Below, in pieces: positions 11,075 to 21,303 of a DNA stretch of 64,000 bases (position 1 is its first letter; each line of letters starts with the position of its first letter). Source of the DNA: an uncultured virus (IMG/VR IMGVR_UViG_3300031758_000011) (taxonomy: Duplodnaviria; Heunggongvirae; Uroviricota; Caudoviricetes). The translations under genes were made by a program, and so were the position numbers. The stretch covers positions 62,001-126,000 of the IMG/VR virus record IMGVR_UViG_3300031758_000011; one strand, written 5' to 3'. The notes under the pieces are model-generated. The model was given only the letters and a program-made list of their open reading frames with translations. It was not told the DNA's origin and searched no databases.

Positions 11075-11896
11075 ATGAATAAAAAGTTTGTAAATTTTGA
11101 AAACAACGACAGCATATCAAAATATTTTAAGGAAGTAAGAAAATCAGTAGTTTTAACTAAAAACGAAGAAATAAGTTTAGCGAAAAGAATTAAAAAAGGC
11201 GACACAAAAGCGATTGAGACTTTGGTTAAAGCAAATTTAAAATTTGTTGTGTCAGTAGCTAAAGAATATCAAGGGCAAGGTTTGCAATTGCAAGATTTAA
11301 TAAATGAAGGTAATTACGGATTAGTTAAAGCAGCAACAAGATTTGATTACAAAAAAGGTTTCAGATTCATCTCTTATGCAGTATGGTGGATAAGACAATC
11401 TATTATTCAAAGTCTAAATGATAACGCTAGAATGGTAAGATTACCTTCAAATGTTATTAATAAGATTTCTAAGTTAAATAAAGAAATATCAAAAATTGAA
11501 TTATTAGACGATGCTGATTTCACAGTTAATGATATTGATAACTTTGATTTAAACTTAATTAATTACCCAAAATGTACATCACTTAATGAACACATCAATG
11601 AAGAAGGTGACGAGTTAATAGAACTAATACCTTTTGATAATGGTGATGAAGACAAATTAATCATTGACGAAAGAATCAAAAATCAAATAGATATAACGTT
11701 ATCTATTTTAAGTGAAAGAGAAAAAGAAATTATAAAATGTTATTTTGGTATCGATACAAATTGCGAAGCTATGACTTTAGAAGCGATTGGTGATAGATAC
11801 GGTTTAACAAAAGAAAGAATTAGACAAATAAAAGAAAAAGCTATTAGAAAATTAAGACATAATGCTCATGATTTATTTGATTTAATAAATGAATAA
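11075..11896 (+). CDS. RNA polymerase sigma-70 family factor
   Basis: NLKFVVSVAK, DLINEGNYGL, RFISYAVWWIRQ (region 2); TLEAIG..LTKERIRQI (region 4). Confidence 0.95.
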   Translation: MNKKFVNFENNDSISKYFKEVRKSVVLTKNEEISLAKRIKKGDTKAIETLVKANLKFVVSVAKEYQGQGLQLQDLINEGNYGLVKAATRFDYKKGFRFISYAVWWIRQSIIQSLNDNARMVRLPSNVINKISKLNKEISKIELLDDADFTVNDIDNFDLNLINYPKCTSLNEHINEEGDELIELIPFDNGDEDKLIIDERIKNQIDITLSILSEREKEIIKCYFGIDTNCEAMTLEAIGDRYGLTKERIRQIKEKAIRKLRHNAHDLFDLINE

Positions 11897-11899
11897 ACT

Positions 11900-11921
11900 A
11901 AGGGTCTATGACCCTTTTTTT
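11900..11921 (+). terminator. Intrinsic terminator
   Basis: AAGGGTC-TAT-GACCCTT followed by a T run. Confidence 0.75.
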
Positions 11922-11950
11922 AGTTTTTAGTATTTATAAAATAAAAGTAT

Positions 11951-13273
11951 ATGAAAGTAAAATTTAGTTACATAATGTTAATTTTAGCACTAACCGTTGC
12001 TGGTTGTGCTGCTTATTTTTCTGTGTGGGGTTTAAGTCAGTTATTTGCTGGCGCTAGCACAGCTGTAATTATAATGGCCACAACATTAGAAGTTGGTAAA
12101 GTGGTTACGACAACTGCGTTACACACATATTGGCATAAACTAGCCAAAGGGTTAAAGTTTTATTTAACAATTAGTGTTGCGATTCTTATGGTTATAACGT
12201 CTGTAGGTATTTACGGTTTCTTATCTAACGCTTATCAATCGACAGCAAATAAGTTAGAGATACATGAAGGTCAATTAGGTGTGTTAGAAGCGAAAAAACA
12301 AACGTTTGAAAAGACTATTGCTGATAATACAAAAATCATTGAAACTAAAACTAAACGTGTTGACCAATTAAACAACCTTAGAGGTAACCAAGAAACTCGT
12401 TTAGACAACTCAACTGATAATAGAAATCAAAGAAACGCTAGACGTGATATTGAGAGTTCAGATAAACAAATTCAACTATTGAACGCTGAGATAGACGCTA
12501 TCAACGCTAAGAATATTGTTTTGTCAGATTCAGTTAACGCTTATAACGTTAAAGCTATTGAATTAAAATCTGGAAGTGAAATTGCTGGTGAAGTTGGTCC
12601 TCTTAAATACATATCAGAGTTGACTGGCATTCCTATGGCTAATGTTGTTAACTATCTTATTTTGTTACTTATATTCGTATTTGACCCATTGGCAATTGCG
12701 TTAGTGTTAGCAACAAATAAAGTGTTTGAATTGGAAGGTAAACAAACACCATTAGAACCTAAAATAAATCACGTACCATCTGGTGAAACACCAACAACTA
12801 TTATCGAAATGATTAAAGAAAAAAGTAACGATGAGGGAATAACTGAGGGTGTAAATGAGGGTGTAAATGAGGGTGTAAATTTTGATGAAGACCATGCGTT
12901 AAGTGAAGTTATGAATCAGATGGTTGAAGATTTGGAAATAGAAGATATCATTATACCAATTGAAGAAGAACATGATGACACTGTAAATGACACTGTAATT
13001 GAGGCTGTAAATGACCAAATAACTGATGCTGTAACTCAAGTAGAACCATCAACAACTGTTAGTGAAAAAAATATTGAAGTACCAGTTTATAAAAAACAAC
13101 CAGTAATACCAACTGGTAAAGTTAATTTAGAAGACATAAGAGAAATTAAAGAAGGTAGAGGGTTTTCTGTTGACGTTCCAAAACCTAAAACTAGCAACAC
13201 GATAGAAAGAATAGGTTCAAATAAAATAATCAAAAATGGTGATGATAACAAAATATTTTATAAACGTGGTTAA
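11951..13273 (+). CDS. Membrane protein with coiled coil and acidic tail
   Basis: Three N-terminal hydrophobic segments, coiled coil, a further TM segment, EGVN repeats. Confidence 0.65.
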   Translation: MKVKFSYIMLILALTVAGCAAYFSVWGLSQLFAGASTAVIIMATTLEVGKVVTTTALHTYWHKLAKGLKFYLTISVAILMVITSVGIYGFLSNAYQSTANKLEIHEGQLGVLEAKKQTFEKTIADNTKIIETKTKRVDQLNNLRGNQETRLDNSTDNRNQRNARRDIESSDKQIQLLNAEIDAINAKNIVLSDSVNAYNVKAIELKSGSEIAGEVGPLKYISELTGIPMANVVNYLILLLIFVFDPLAIALVLATNKVFELEGKQTPLEPKINHVPSGETPTTIIEMIKEKSNDEGITEGVNEGVNEGVNFDEDHALSEVMNQMVEDLEIEDIIIPIEEEHDDTVNDTVIEAVNDQITDAVTQVEPSTTVSEKNIEVPVYKKQPVIPTGKVNLEDIREIKEGRGFSVDVPKPKTSNTIERIGSNKIIKNGDDNKIFYKRG

Positions 13274-13881
13274 TGGTAATAGAAGATAAAAAATATTCAT
13301 TAGAAGAAAAACATTACATACCTATAGAATGTATAAAAAAACAAATAGTTATTGGTAATACTTATAGTAACAATATGAACCATGTTATAGGTTGGAAAAC
13401 TAGGTTAAATGGGAATAACAAAAAGACTGCTGCGTTTACCATAGATAAATCTGGTGTAATACATAAACATTTTGAACCTTCGTATTTATCAAAGTATTTT
13501 CCAAAGTTAGAGCAAAACACAAAATCGATTGTTATTTTATTGGAAAATGAAGGGTGGTTAACTAGAAATTTACCAGATGAACGATTTTATGATTGGAAAG
13601 GTAATATTTATAATGGTATAGTCTTAGGTAGAAATTGGAAAGGTCACAATAAATGGGCTGTTTATACACAAGAACAAATGGACGCTTGTGTTGAACTAGT
13701 TAACGATTTATGTGAAGAATTCTTTATACCAAAGATAGCTATGAGCCACAACACAAAATTGGATGATACTAGTAGTTTTAATGGTGTATTATACAAAAGT
13801 AATTTGAATAAACACTATTTTGATGTATCACCAGCATGGAACTGTGAAGAATTTAAAAATAAACTAGAAAGTAAAAACTAA
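13273..13881 (+). CDS. N-acetylmuramoyl-L-alanine amidase-like protein, possibly degenerate
   Basis: Amidase_2-like pattern (FTIDKSG.I, SIVILLEN.G, YTQEQ, DVSP), but the first Zn-His position reads IVIGNT. Confidence 0.55.
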   Translation: MVIEDKKYSLEEKHYIPIECIKKQIVIGNTYSNNMNHVIGWKTRLNGNNKKTAAFTIDKSGVIHKHFEPSYLSKYFPKLEQNTKSIVILLENEGWLTRNLPDERFYDWKGNIYNGIVLGRNWKGHNKWAVYTQEQMDACVELVNDLCEEFFIPKIAMSHNTKLDDTSSFNGVLYKSNLNKHYFDVSPAWNCEEFKNKLESKN

Positions 13882-13885
13882 ACAA

Positions 13886-14416
13886 ATGAAAGAAAACATC
13901 AACGAACACGACATGACAAAAAAAATGATGTCTGTAATTAGAGGGTTTAAACAACAATTAATAAAAGAAGATGATGCACCAGTAACTGCGTCAGTTCCTA
14001 AATTTGAAAAAGGGGATGATTTACCAGATACAGAAAATACTGAATTACCAAAAGATGGTCCAACACCTTTATTCCCAATTGAAGGTTATAAAAAATTAGA
14101 AAAACCCGATGAAAGGCTTGAAAAAATATCTACAGCTATAGGTGGTATAAAATTAGGTATTAGAGTTACTAGTGTTTACGTTAAACCAAAAACAGAAGAT
14201 TTTAACGGTGATATCATTATTACTGGTGAAAAAATAGTTGATGATGAAAATAAAATTGAATTTTCTTTATCATTTACACAAGGTTCTAAATTTAACTCGA
14301 CTAGTGATGATAAATTAAATGAAGAAGAAATAAAAAATGGGTTAAAGGGTTATTTAGTTAATCTACAAAATGAACCTAAAGTAGAAGAAGAGTATTTTTA
14401 TGATGTTAAAAAATAA
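13886..14416 (+). CDS. Hypothetical protein (late-gene block)
   Basis: ORF track. Confidence 0.6.
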   Translation: MKENINEHDMTKKMMSVIRGFKQQLIKEDDAPVTASVPKFEKGDDLPDTENTELPKDGPTPLFPIEGYKKLEKPDERLEKISTAIGGIKLGIRVTSVYVKPKTEDFNGDIIITGEKIVDDENKIEFSLSFTQGSKFNSTSDDKLNEEEIKNGLKGYLVNLQNEPKVEEEYFYDVKK

Positions 14417-14966
14417 AATATTAATTGGATTAGTTTTATTAGTGATGTTTTTATTTACATCATTAGCTTTTTTATTTAAGTTATATAAAAATGAAAAAGA
14501 AGAAAGAACTAGATTTAGCAACAACATGGTTGCTTTAATCAAAAATAAATCTATGCAACAAGAATTAACTTTTAGAGAATTAAAAGACTTATACCCAAAG
14601 TATGATTCAATTGCAAAAGTTTTAAATATAAAAACAAAATACATAACAAATATTGTTGACACAAAATATAGATTCAAAGATTCAACGTTATCTGTTACAG
14701 TTTTAAAAAAAGATAGCGTTTCAGAAAAAAGTTATTTTAACTTAACTGAAAAATGTTATAGTCTTTCTGGTTACATTAAGAAAGACTCTATATCATTTAC
14801 AAAAAAAGAAGTTAATGATAAGTTAACTACTTTTTTATATAAAGATTGGCATAAGAAATATTTATGGGGATTGTTAAAATTCAAACCATATTATAATGCC
14901 AAAGTTTATAGTGAATGCATGAAGGACACTATGAGCGTCATAAATAACATAAAGATTAAAGAATAG
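14400..14966 (+). CDS. N-terminally anchored membrane protein, possibly spanin-like
   Basis: Single N-terminal TM helix then a basic domain; ends TAG-TTT-TAA. Confidence 0.5.
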   Translation: MMLKNKILIGLVLLVMFLFTSLAFLFKLYKNEKEERTRFSNNMVALIKNKSMQQELTFRELKDLYPKYDSIAKVLNIKTKYITNIVDTKYRFKDSTLSVTVLKKDSVSEKSYFNLTEKCYSLSGYIKKDSISFTKKEVNDKLTTFLYKDWHKKYLWGLLKFKPYYNAKVYSECMKDTMSVINNIKIKE

Positions 14967-14971
14967 TTTTA

Positions 14972-15688
14972 ATGAGCGAACCTAAACCAATTCAAGAAGG
15001 AACAACAAAATCAAACAAAAAGAATTATAAACCTAGAACTAGGAGAAAAGCGCAACCACCAAAAGCGATTATATCTAAACCTTTACCAAAAGAGTATGTA
15101 GAACAAAAGAAAAATGAGATTCCTATGTATGACCCTTTCACTGGTGAAGCTAACCCATATTATGAGGAATTAACTGGTAAAAAGAATCCATTGTTAGAAA
15201 AACCAAAAGACGCTTTATCTGACACTAAAAATGGTACTAACCATAGAGTACCAACACTTAAATACGGTAAAGAAGTAGTAGCGCCAGAATTTGTTAGAAA
15301 CAACAGATTTTTAGTAATATTACCAAAAGAATTGGGTATTGAACCTTTCTTTGTTTCATCTATAAGTGGACCAAAAGTTATTTTTGAAAATGTTAAAGTG
15401 TTGGGTATAAATACACATATAAAAAAATATGTTATTGAAGATATTGTTTTGAGATTTAAACCAACGATAACTAACAATATTAACAAGAAACTATTTGATA
15501 TGGGTTATAATCAAAAATATTTTGGTATGAAAATCGAAATGTTAGACCCAACTGGTGTTGTTTTTGAAACATGGTTAATGACTGGTTGTCAAATCAAATC
15601 TGTTGATTTAGGAACTTTTGACTATTCAAATAGTTCATTATCAGAATGTGAGGTGGTTATTTCATGTGGTGATTATATGATTAAATAA
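14972..15688 (+). CDS. Protein with C-terminal T4 gp19-like tail-tube domain
   Basis: NRFLVILP..GIEPF, MLDPTGVVFETW.MTGC, VDLGTFDYS resemble tail-tube proteins; the first ~100 aa are unrelated and basic. Confidence 0.6.
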   Translation: MSEPKPIQEGTTKSNKKNYKPRTRRKAQPPKAIISKPLPKEYVEQKKNEIPMYDPFTGEANPYYEELTGKKNPLLEKPKDALSDTKNGTNHRVPTLKYGKEVVAPEFVRNNRFLVILPKELGIEPFFVSSISGPKVIFENVKVLGINTHIKKYVIEDIVLRFKPTITNNINKKLFDMGYNQKYFGMKIEMLDPTGVVFETWLMTGCQIKSVDLGTFDYSNSSLSECEVVISCGDYMIK

Positions 15689-15708
15689 TATTTATAGAAT
15701 TAATAAAT

Positions 15709-15734
15709 AAAGCCCTAAGTTTAGGGCTTTTTTT
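15709..15734 (+). terminator. Intrinsic terminator
   Basis: AAAGCCCTAA-GT-TTAGGGCTTT followed by Ts. Confidence 0.8.
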
Positions 15735-15767
15735 GTTTATTTACCATATTTATAATTAAAAGTCTAA

Positions 15768-16010
15768 ATGAGGGATATAATTAAAGAAGAGCTATCAAAA
15801 ACAGATGTCAATAAACAAATTAAAGGTTATATTGATGGTGCTGAGTTCAAAAATAAAATAGAAAAGATAGTTAAAGAAAAATTAAAAAACGAAAAAGAAT
15901 TAGAAGATAAAGTTGTTGAAATAACTAAAAATGTTTTGACACAACTTTACAAAACTCTTTGGCTAAAAAGAAATACATGGATTGATAACCTTTCAAATAA
16001 AAATAATTAA
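15768..16010 (+). CDS. Hypothetical late protein
   Basis: ORF preceded by TATTTAT motif. Confidence 0.65.
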   Translation: MRDIIKEELSKTDVNKQIKGYIDGAEFKNKIEKIVKEKLKNEKELEDKVVEITKNVLTQLYKTLWLKRNTWIDNLSNKNN

Positions 16011-16012
16011 TA

Positions 16013-17509
16013 ATGAGAAAACTAATTTTAACCAAAAACCAATATAAAACATTATTAGAATCTCTAAACCAAGAACCTATAGTTAAAGGAGGGTTAGATA
16101 GAGTTGATGATATGGCTAAAAAATATAACTTAAAAGAAGAATACAAAAACCTATTAGAATACCTATATGGTAAAAGTAAAAACCTATCAGAATTTTGGAA
16201 TGAATGCAGCGTTAATTATGAATCAATTCTAGAAGGTTTAAAAGATATCTTAGTAAAAGAAAAAGACGGTTATAAATTGTCAAAAAAATTAGGTTCACCA
16301 CAAGATGCATTAAAAATATACGAAGAAAGATTAAATGAAATTGTTGGTGGAATAACTGAAGGTGATTGGTTTGATAATCACCCAGACAATCCAATTAACC
16401 AAGAACCTAATAAATTCCCAAGACCAACAGCGCAAGAAAGCGATATTGATATTAAATATAACAATGGTGAAATAGCTATAGTATCATCTGGGGATGAACA
16501 ATTATTATTTGATTTAGACGATTATAATAGTGAATTCATGAAAGCTGTTAGTGGTGATGAATCTGAGTTGAGTAGTATTGCTACTGAACTAGGTTATGCT
16601 GACGATAACAAGGATGGTTATTGGACTAACAATGATGAACAAAGCAAACAAGTATTAAAAAACTACATTGAATCAAACTCTGATAAATTAAAATCTATTA
16701 CCGATGAAGTTAAAAATGATTTGTTAGATTTTTATTCACATGATGAAAAATTGATAAAAGCGTTAAATGGTGAAGAAGAAGAATTAAATGAAATAGATAA
16801 CGAAACGGCTAAAAACCAATTAGCTAAACAATTTCCACAAACACATAGAAAAAGTGATAAAACACCAGAAGAAATGAAAGCGGCATTAGACGCTAGAAAA
16901 AATATTACTGGTGACCATGAAACTGGTGGTTTTGGTGGTAATTATTTAAATAAAAATAAAAAAGTTTTACCTAAAGTTCAACCACAATCTAAAAACCCTC
17001 CTTCTACACAAACTAGACTACCTTTTGATGAAACAATGTCACTTGGTGGTGTTGGTGGTGGTGTTAGTGTTTTTGGTGGTGGTAAGTCTGGTGAGAGATT
17101 AAATATGCCAGTTGGTAAATATAATGAACCACTTAAAAAAACTTTTAAAGAAGGGATAAAAGAAACTACACAAGGTGAAGGGTCGATAGGCGCATACGAT
17201 GCAAACGCACTACCAATCGGTAGAAATGGTGAATTTAAAAATGTTGGTAAAACAAAGGCTGAGAAAACACCACAATATGCTGGAGGTGCATTTGTTGAAT
17301 TTAACGATTGTACAAAACTTAATAATAAACCAGCTGGTTCTGGTTGTAGTACTGGTGCTGTAGATGGTGTTGTTAAACTAAAAAAAGCTAAAGGAAGTGT
17401 AAACGCACCTTCATTAGGTGAAAACAAGATTTATGAAACGATAGCTAAAAAGACTGGTAAAACAATCGATGAAGTTAAAAGAATAATTGAATCAAAAAAC
17501 AATAAGTAA
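16013..17509 (+). CDS. Hypothetical late protein (candidate head/internal protein)
   Basis: Low-complexity charged protein with many L/I-x-E sites. Confidence 0.6.
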   Translation: MRKLILTKNQYKTLLESLNQEPIVKGGLDRVDDMAKKYNLKEEYKNLLEYLYGKSKNLSEFWNECSVNYESILEGLKDILVKEKDGYKLSKKLGSPQDALKIYEERLNEIVGGITEGDWFDNHPDNPINQEPNKFPRPTAQESDIDIKYNNGEIAIVSSGDEQLLFDLDDYNSEFMKAVSGDESELSSIATELGYADDNKDGYWTNNDEQSKQVLKNYIESNSDKLKSITDEVKNDLLDFYSHDEKLIKALNGEEEELNEIDNETAKNQLAKQFPQTHRKSDKTPEEMKAALDARKNITGDHETGGFGGNYLNKNKKVLPKVQPQSKNPPSTQTRLPFDETMSLGGVGGGVSVFGGGKSGERLNMPVGKYNEPLKKTFKEGIKETTQGEGSIGAYDANALPIGRNGEFKNVGKTKAEKTPQYAGGAFVEFNDCTKLNNKPAGSGCSTGAVDGVVKLKKAKGSVNAPSLGENKIYETIAKKTGKTIDEVKRIIESKNNK

Positions 17510-17555
17510 TAAACTTTATTAAAAACTAAGATATTTATAATTAAATCAATTTAAA

Positions 17556-19292
17556 ATGGATAAAAATATAATTAAAAAACATCTAGTAAACAAATTTGTT
17601 AATGAGGCTGAAACTCCAGGTATTGCAGTTACAGCAGCAGCTCAAAAAGCTTCTGAAAAAATTAACAAACAAGCAATAAAAGATGTTGATAAAGATTTAA
17701 ACGGTTATGATAAAAATTTGAACAAAGGTATGGAAGTTACTGATGTTAACAACAAATTTAATTATAACAGTAACGAAGAAAAAGAATATCATGACCAAAT
17801 GGAAATCATGAATGGTCAAGAGATGATTCAATATGATAGAAATCCAAATAAAGAATTTAGTGATAGAGCTAAAGAAGCTATTGTTGGTTCTAGTAGAATG
17901 GGTAACAATCCAGAATGGGCTAATGTTATTCCAGCACAACAAGGATTTACTGGTCCAGATTTTGGAAAAAATCTAGCAGCGTCAATTGAAAAGTCACAAG
18001 AAATTAGAGCTAAAGAAACACCAACAACAAAAATGTTTGGTGATGACTGGGAAGTTACGCCAGATAAAAGTCATAAGGCTTATGCATTTGAGAATAAAGA
18101 TAACAATAAACCACAAATAAAAGAAGGAATGAAAAGACTTAAATTCAAAAAAGAGTTTAACGGTGTTGGAAATGCACTTAAAATGATACCAGAATCTTAC
18201 AAAGTAGATAAAAAAGTATTTGAAATGACTGATGGTGTTGAAAACTATAAAATCCGTTGGGAAGGTTCATTAACTGAAGGTAAAGCAGTTGTTCTTATGG
18301 CAGCTGACAAAAACATGGTTAATGAAGACATGCAAAAAATGAAACACCTAATGGGGTACAAATCTCAAGAAACATTAGGAACTGTAAAAGGTAGAGCTAG
18401 ATTAGATGAAAACTCAACGTTTAACGATATTTGGAAAAAAACAAAAATGTTAATGGAGATGGAAGACATCGAAGATGCTGATGCTAAAGAAGGTAACTGG
18501 GATGAAATCAAAGTTCCTCATGCTGCTGATGCAAAAAAACATGTTGAAGGTTCTGTAGCATCTGAAAAGAAAACTGAAGCGCCAAATCCAAAAACTGGTG
18601 AATTTGAAAAAATTAAAAAACATGCAGCTGAAGCTACTAAACATGTAACAATGAAAGAATCTGTTGAAGAAGAAGAAGTTGTTAAAGAAGAAGAAGAAGT
18701 AAAAGAAGAAACTACTAAATCAACAGAAACAGCATCTAAAGGTGGTAAAAATATCGAAGATGTGACAGCTAAAGAAGGTAACTGGGATGAAATCAAAGTT
18801 CCTCACGCTGCTGACGCTAAAAAACACATTCACATGGGTAAAGAATCAACTGCAAAAGTTGAAACTGAAGCTAAAGAAAACGAAGAAGGTTTATCTGAAG
18901 GTGTTGTAATTGGTGGAATTAAATTTGAACCAATCAACGAATCATGGATGGGTGAAGGTATGTATGAAGAAGGTATGTATGAAGAAGGTATGTACGAAGC
19001 TGAAGGTCTTAAAATAGGTTTTAATGATTTCAGAGATATGATTAATAATAAATTAAGAAGTGTTTTTGGTAAAATAGCTGCAAACGAAAGAGTTACTTTA
19101 TACAATATATTTGATAAATTAATTTCAGTATTTGATAATCCAGGTAATCAAGATACTGGTAAATTAGGTACACTTTTAGATAAATTTGATATGGTTGTTA
19201 GTGATATGAACGCTAAACAACCAGACGCACAACAAAATATGGGTGCTGATACTAATATGGCGATGGGTGAAGGTATGAATGAAGAATACTAA
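17556..19292 (+). CDS. Hypothetical late protein with internal repeats (candidate head/internal or scaffold protein)
   Basis: TATTTAT upstream; duplicated AKEGNWDEIKVPHAADAKKH; EGMYE x3. Confidence 0.65.
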   Translation: MDKNIIKKHLVNKFVNEAETPGIAVTAAAQKASEKINKQAIKDVDKDLNGYDKNLNKGMEVTDVNNKFNYNSNEEKEYHDQMEIMNGQEMIQYDRNPNKEFSDRAKEAIVGSSRMGNNPEWANVIPAQQGFTGPDFGKNLAASIEKSQEIRAKETPTTKMFGDDWEVTPDKSHKAYAFENKDNNKPQIKEGMKRLKFKKEFNGVGNALKMIPESYKVDKKVFEMTDGVENYKIRWEGSLTEGKAVVLMAADKNMVNEDMQKMKHLMGYKSQETLGTVKGRARLDENSTFNDIWKKTKMLMEMEDIEDADAKEGNWDEIKVPHAADAKKHVEGSVASEKKTEAPNPKTGEFEKIKKHAAEATKHVTMKESVEEEEVVKEEEEVKEETTKSTETASKGGKNIEDVTAKEGNWDEIKVPHAADAKKHIHMGKESTAKVETEAKENEEGLSEGVVIGGIKFEPINESWMGEGMYEEGMYEEGMYEAEGLKIGFNDFRDMINNKLRSVFGKIAANERVTLYNIFDKLISVFDNPGNQDTGKLGTLLDKFDMVVSDMNAKQPDAQQNMGADTNMAMGEGMNEEY

Positions 19293-19313
19293 ATATTTAA
19301 TTAATTAAAATAT

Positions 19314-19344
19314 AAAAAAGGTACTCATATGGGTACCTTTTTTT
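19314..19344 (+). terminator. Intrinsic terminator
   Basis: AAAAAAGGTAC(T/C)CAT stem followed by a T run. Confidence 0.75.
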
Positions 19345-19372
19345 ATTGATACAATATTTATGAATAAAAGTT

Positions 19373-19486
19373 ATGGAAAAGATTACAAAAACTGGTACAA
19401 AAGGTATCGAACTAATCAAGAAATTTGAAGGTTTCAGTGCAAAACCTTATAAATGTCCAGCTGGTGTACCAACAATAGCTAATTAA
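19373..19486 (+). pseudogene. Orphaned 5' fragment of a GH24 lysozyme gene
   Basis: Translates MEKITKTGTKGIELIKKFEGFSAKPYKCPAGVPTIAN*, homologous to the N-terminus of 20175..20636. Confidence 0.85.
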
Positions 19487-19489
19487 TTA

Positions 19490-20188
19490 ATGGCGGTAGT
19501 ATATAGACATAGACGATTAGATACTAATGAAATTTTTTATATTGGTATTGGTGTAAAAGAAAAAAGAGCATATGAAAAACGTTCTAGAAATAAATTATGG
19601 GAAAATATAGTTAATAAAACTGAATATAAAGTTGAGATAATAGTTAAAGATATTGATTATGAATCAGCAAAAGAACTTGAAATATTATTAATAGAAACAT
19701 ATGGTAGACGTGATTTAGGTTTAGGTAGTTTAGTTAACATGACCAATGGTGGTGATGGTAATAAAGGTATGAGTCAAGAACAAAAAAATATAATCTCAGA
19801 AAAACTAACTGGTAAGAAACAATCTGAAGAAACAAAGAAAAAACGAAGTGAAACTTCAAAAAAAACTTGGTCGGACCCTAAATTAAAAGAACTTAAAAGT
19901 AAACAAACTTACGAACTAAACAAGTTAGGTGTTATTGGAACTAAAGGTAAAGAGTCAAAAAAGAAGGGTATTAAATTAAGTGAAGAAACGAAAGAAAAGA
20001 CTTCAAAAGGGCTTAAAAAATATTATGAGAATAACAAACCACATAATTTTAAAATAATAGAAGAAAATATAAAAAATGATATAATTATAGATTATAATAA
20101 TGGTATAAATAAATTACAATTACATAAGAAATATAATTTATCTAGAAACATAATAAATAGAATAATTAAAGAATATGAAAATAACTAA
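19490..20188 (+). CDS. GIY-YIG homing endonuclease (NUMOD3-like tail)
   Basis: VVYRH..FYIGIG..R, E..LI..YGR, NMTNGGDG, SEETKKK repeats. Confidence 0.85.
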   Translation: MAVVYRHRRLDTNEIFYIGIGVKEKRAYEKRSRNKLWENIVNKTEYKVEIIVKDIDYESAKELEILLIETYGRRDLGLGSLVNMTNGGDGNKGMSQEQKNIISEKLTGKKQSEETKKKRSETSKKTWSDPKLKELKSKQTYELNKLGVIGTKGKESKKKGIKLSEETKEKTSKGLKKYYENNKPHNFKIIEENIKNDIIIDYNNGINKLQLHKKYNLSRNIINRIIKEYENN

Positions 20189-20636
20189 AATTAGTGAAAA
20201 TGGTATAAACTTAATAAAAAGTTTTGAAGGCTTTTCTAGTAAGCCTTATTTATGTCCAGCAAAAATTTGTACTATCGGATATGGCGCAACTTTTTACCCT
20301 AATGGTAAGAAAGTTACTATGGCTGACAAAGCTGTAACAGAAGCTGAAGGTGTTGAATTGTTAAAATCTATGTTAATAAAATTTGAACAATATGTTGATT
20401 CATACTGTATAGACAAAATAACACAAAATCAGTTCGATGCGTTGGTGTCTTTTTGTTATAATTTAGGACCAGCAAATTTAAAAGCGTCAACATTATTAAA
20501 AAAAGTTAATAAAAACCCTAACGATGAAACAATCAGAGCAGAATTTATGAAATGGACAAAAGCTTCAAATAAAGTATTAAAAGGTCTAGTTGTTAGACGA
20601 CAAGCGGAAGCTGATTTATATTTTAAAAAGGATTGA
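20175..20636 (+). CDS. Lysozyme/endolysin (GH24)
   Basis: LIKSFEG..PY.CPA..CTIGYG, QNQFDALVSF.YNLG, GLV.RR.AEA. Confidence 0.95.
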   Translation: MKITKISENGINLIKSFEGFSSKPYLCPAKICTIGYGATFYPNGKKVTMADKAVTEAEGVELLKSMLIKFEQYVDSYCIDKITQNQFDALVSFCYNLGPANLKASTLLKKVNKNPNDETIRAEFMKWTKASNKVLKGLVVRRQAEADLYFKKD

Positions 20637-20637
20637 A

Positions 20638-21303
20638 ATGGCGGTTGTTTATAGACATGTACGTTTAGATACTAACGAAGTTTTTTATGTTGGTATTGGT
20701 AAAACTATAGCTAGGGCTTACCAAAAAAGTAAAACAAAACGTTCAATTTTTTGGTTAAACATTATAAATAAAACTAATTATAAAGTTGAAATATTAGCTG
20801 AAGATTTATCATGGGAAGAAGCTTGTGAGATGGAAAAAAAATTAATTTACGAATATGGTAGAAAAGATTTAGGTACTGGCACTTTAGTTAATTTAACTGA
20901 TGGTGGTGAAAATCCACCATTGATGTTAGGTGATAAGAACTATTCTAAAACTATTGAAGGTAGGAGAAAAATTTCAGATAGAATGAAAGGTAAGGTAATG
21001 TCTGATGAAACTAAATCCAAATTATCAAAAAATGCGAAAGAAAAAGGTTTTGTACCACCATCACAAAAAGGTAAAACTAAAAGTATTGAAACTAAAATAA
21101 AACATTCAAATTCAATTAGTGGTGGTAAACATTGTAATGCTAAAAAAATTATTTGTATTGAAAACGGTAAAATTTGGGATTCAATTAAAGAATGTGCTAA
21201 AGATACTAATATAAGTTATAGTACTTTAGTTAATAAATTAAATGGCTTTAGAAAGAATGATACTACGTTTAAGTATTTGTCGAACATTGAAAGGTTTAGT
21301 TAG
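20638..21303 (+). CDS. GIY-YIG homing endonuclease (paralog of 19490..20188)
   Basis: MAVVYRHVRLDTNEVFYVGIG; NLTDGGE; C-terminal NUMOD1-like HTH; start refined to the ATG at 20638. Confidence 0.85.
   Translation: MAVVYRHVRLDTNEVFYVGIGKTIARAYQKSKTKRSIFWLNIINKTNYKVEILAEDLSWEEACEMEKKLIYEYGRKDLGTGTLVNLTDGGENPPLMLGDKNYSKTIEGRRKISDRMKGKVMSDETKSKLSKNAKEKGFVPPSQKGKTKSIETKIKHSNSISGGKHCNAKKIICIENGKIWDSIKECAKDTNISYSTLVNKLNGFRKNDTTFKYLSNIERFS

Noticed and set aside
12835..12880. GAGGGTGTAAAT tandem repeat
   Set aside because: In-frame coding repeat (EGVN) in a disordered tail; no sign of a separate DNA function
16978..19105. Antisense ORFs of 60-150 aa here and throughout the ORF track
   Set aside because: Shadows of plus-strand genes with biased codon usage; no recognisable motifs
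19487..21280. Group I introns in the lysozyme locus
   Set aside because: The endonuclease ORFs abut the lysozyme pieces with no room for a ribozyme core, and an intact lysozyme ORF is present
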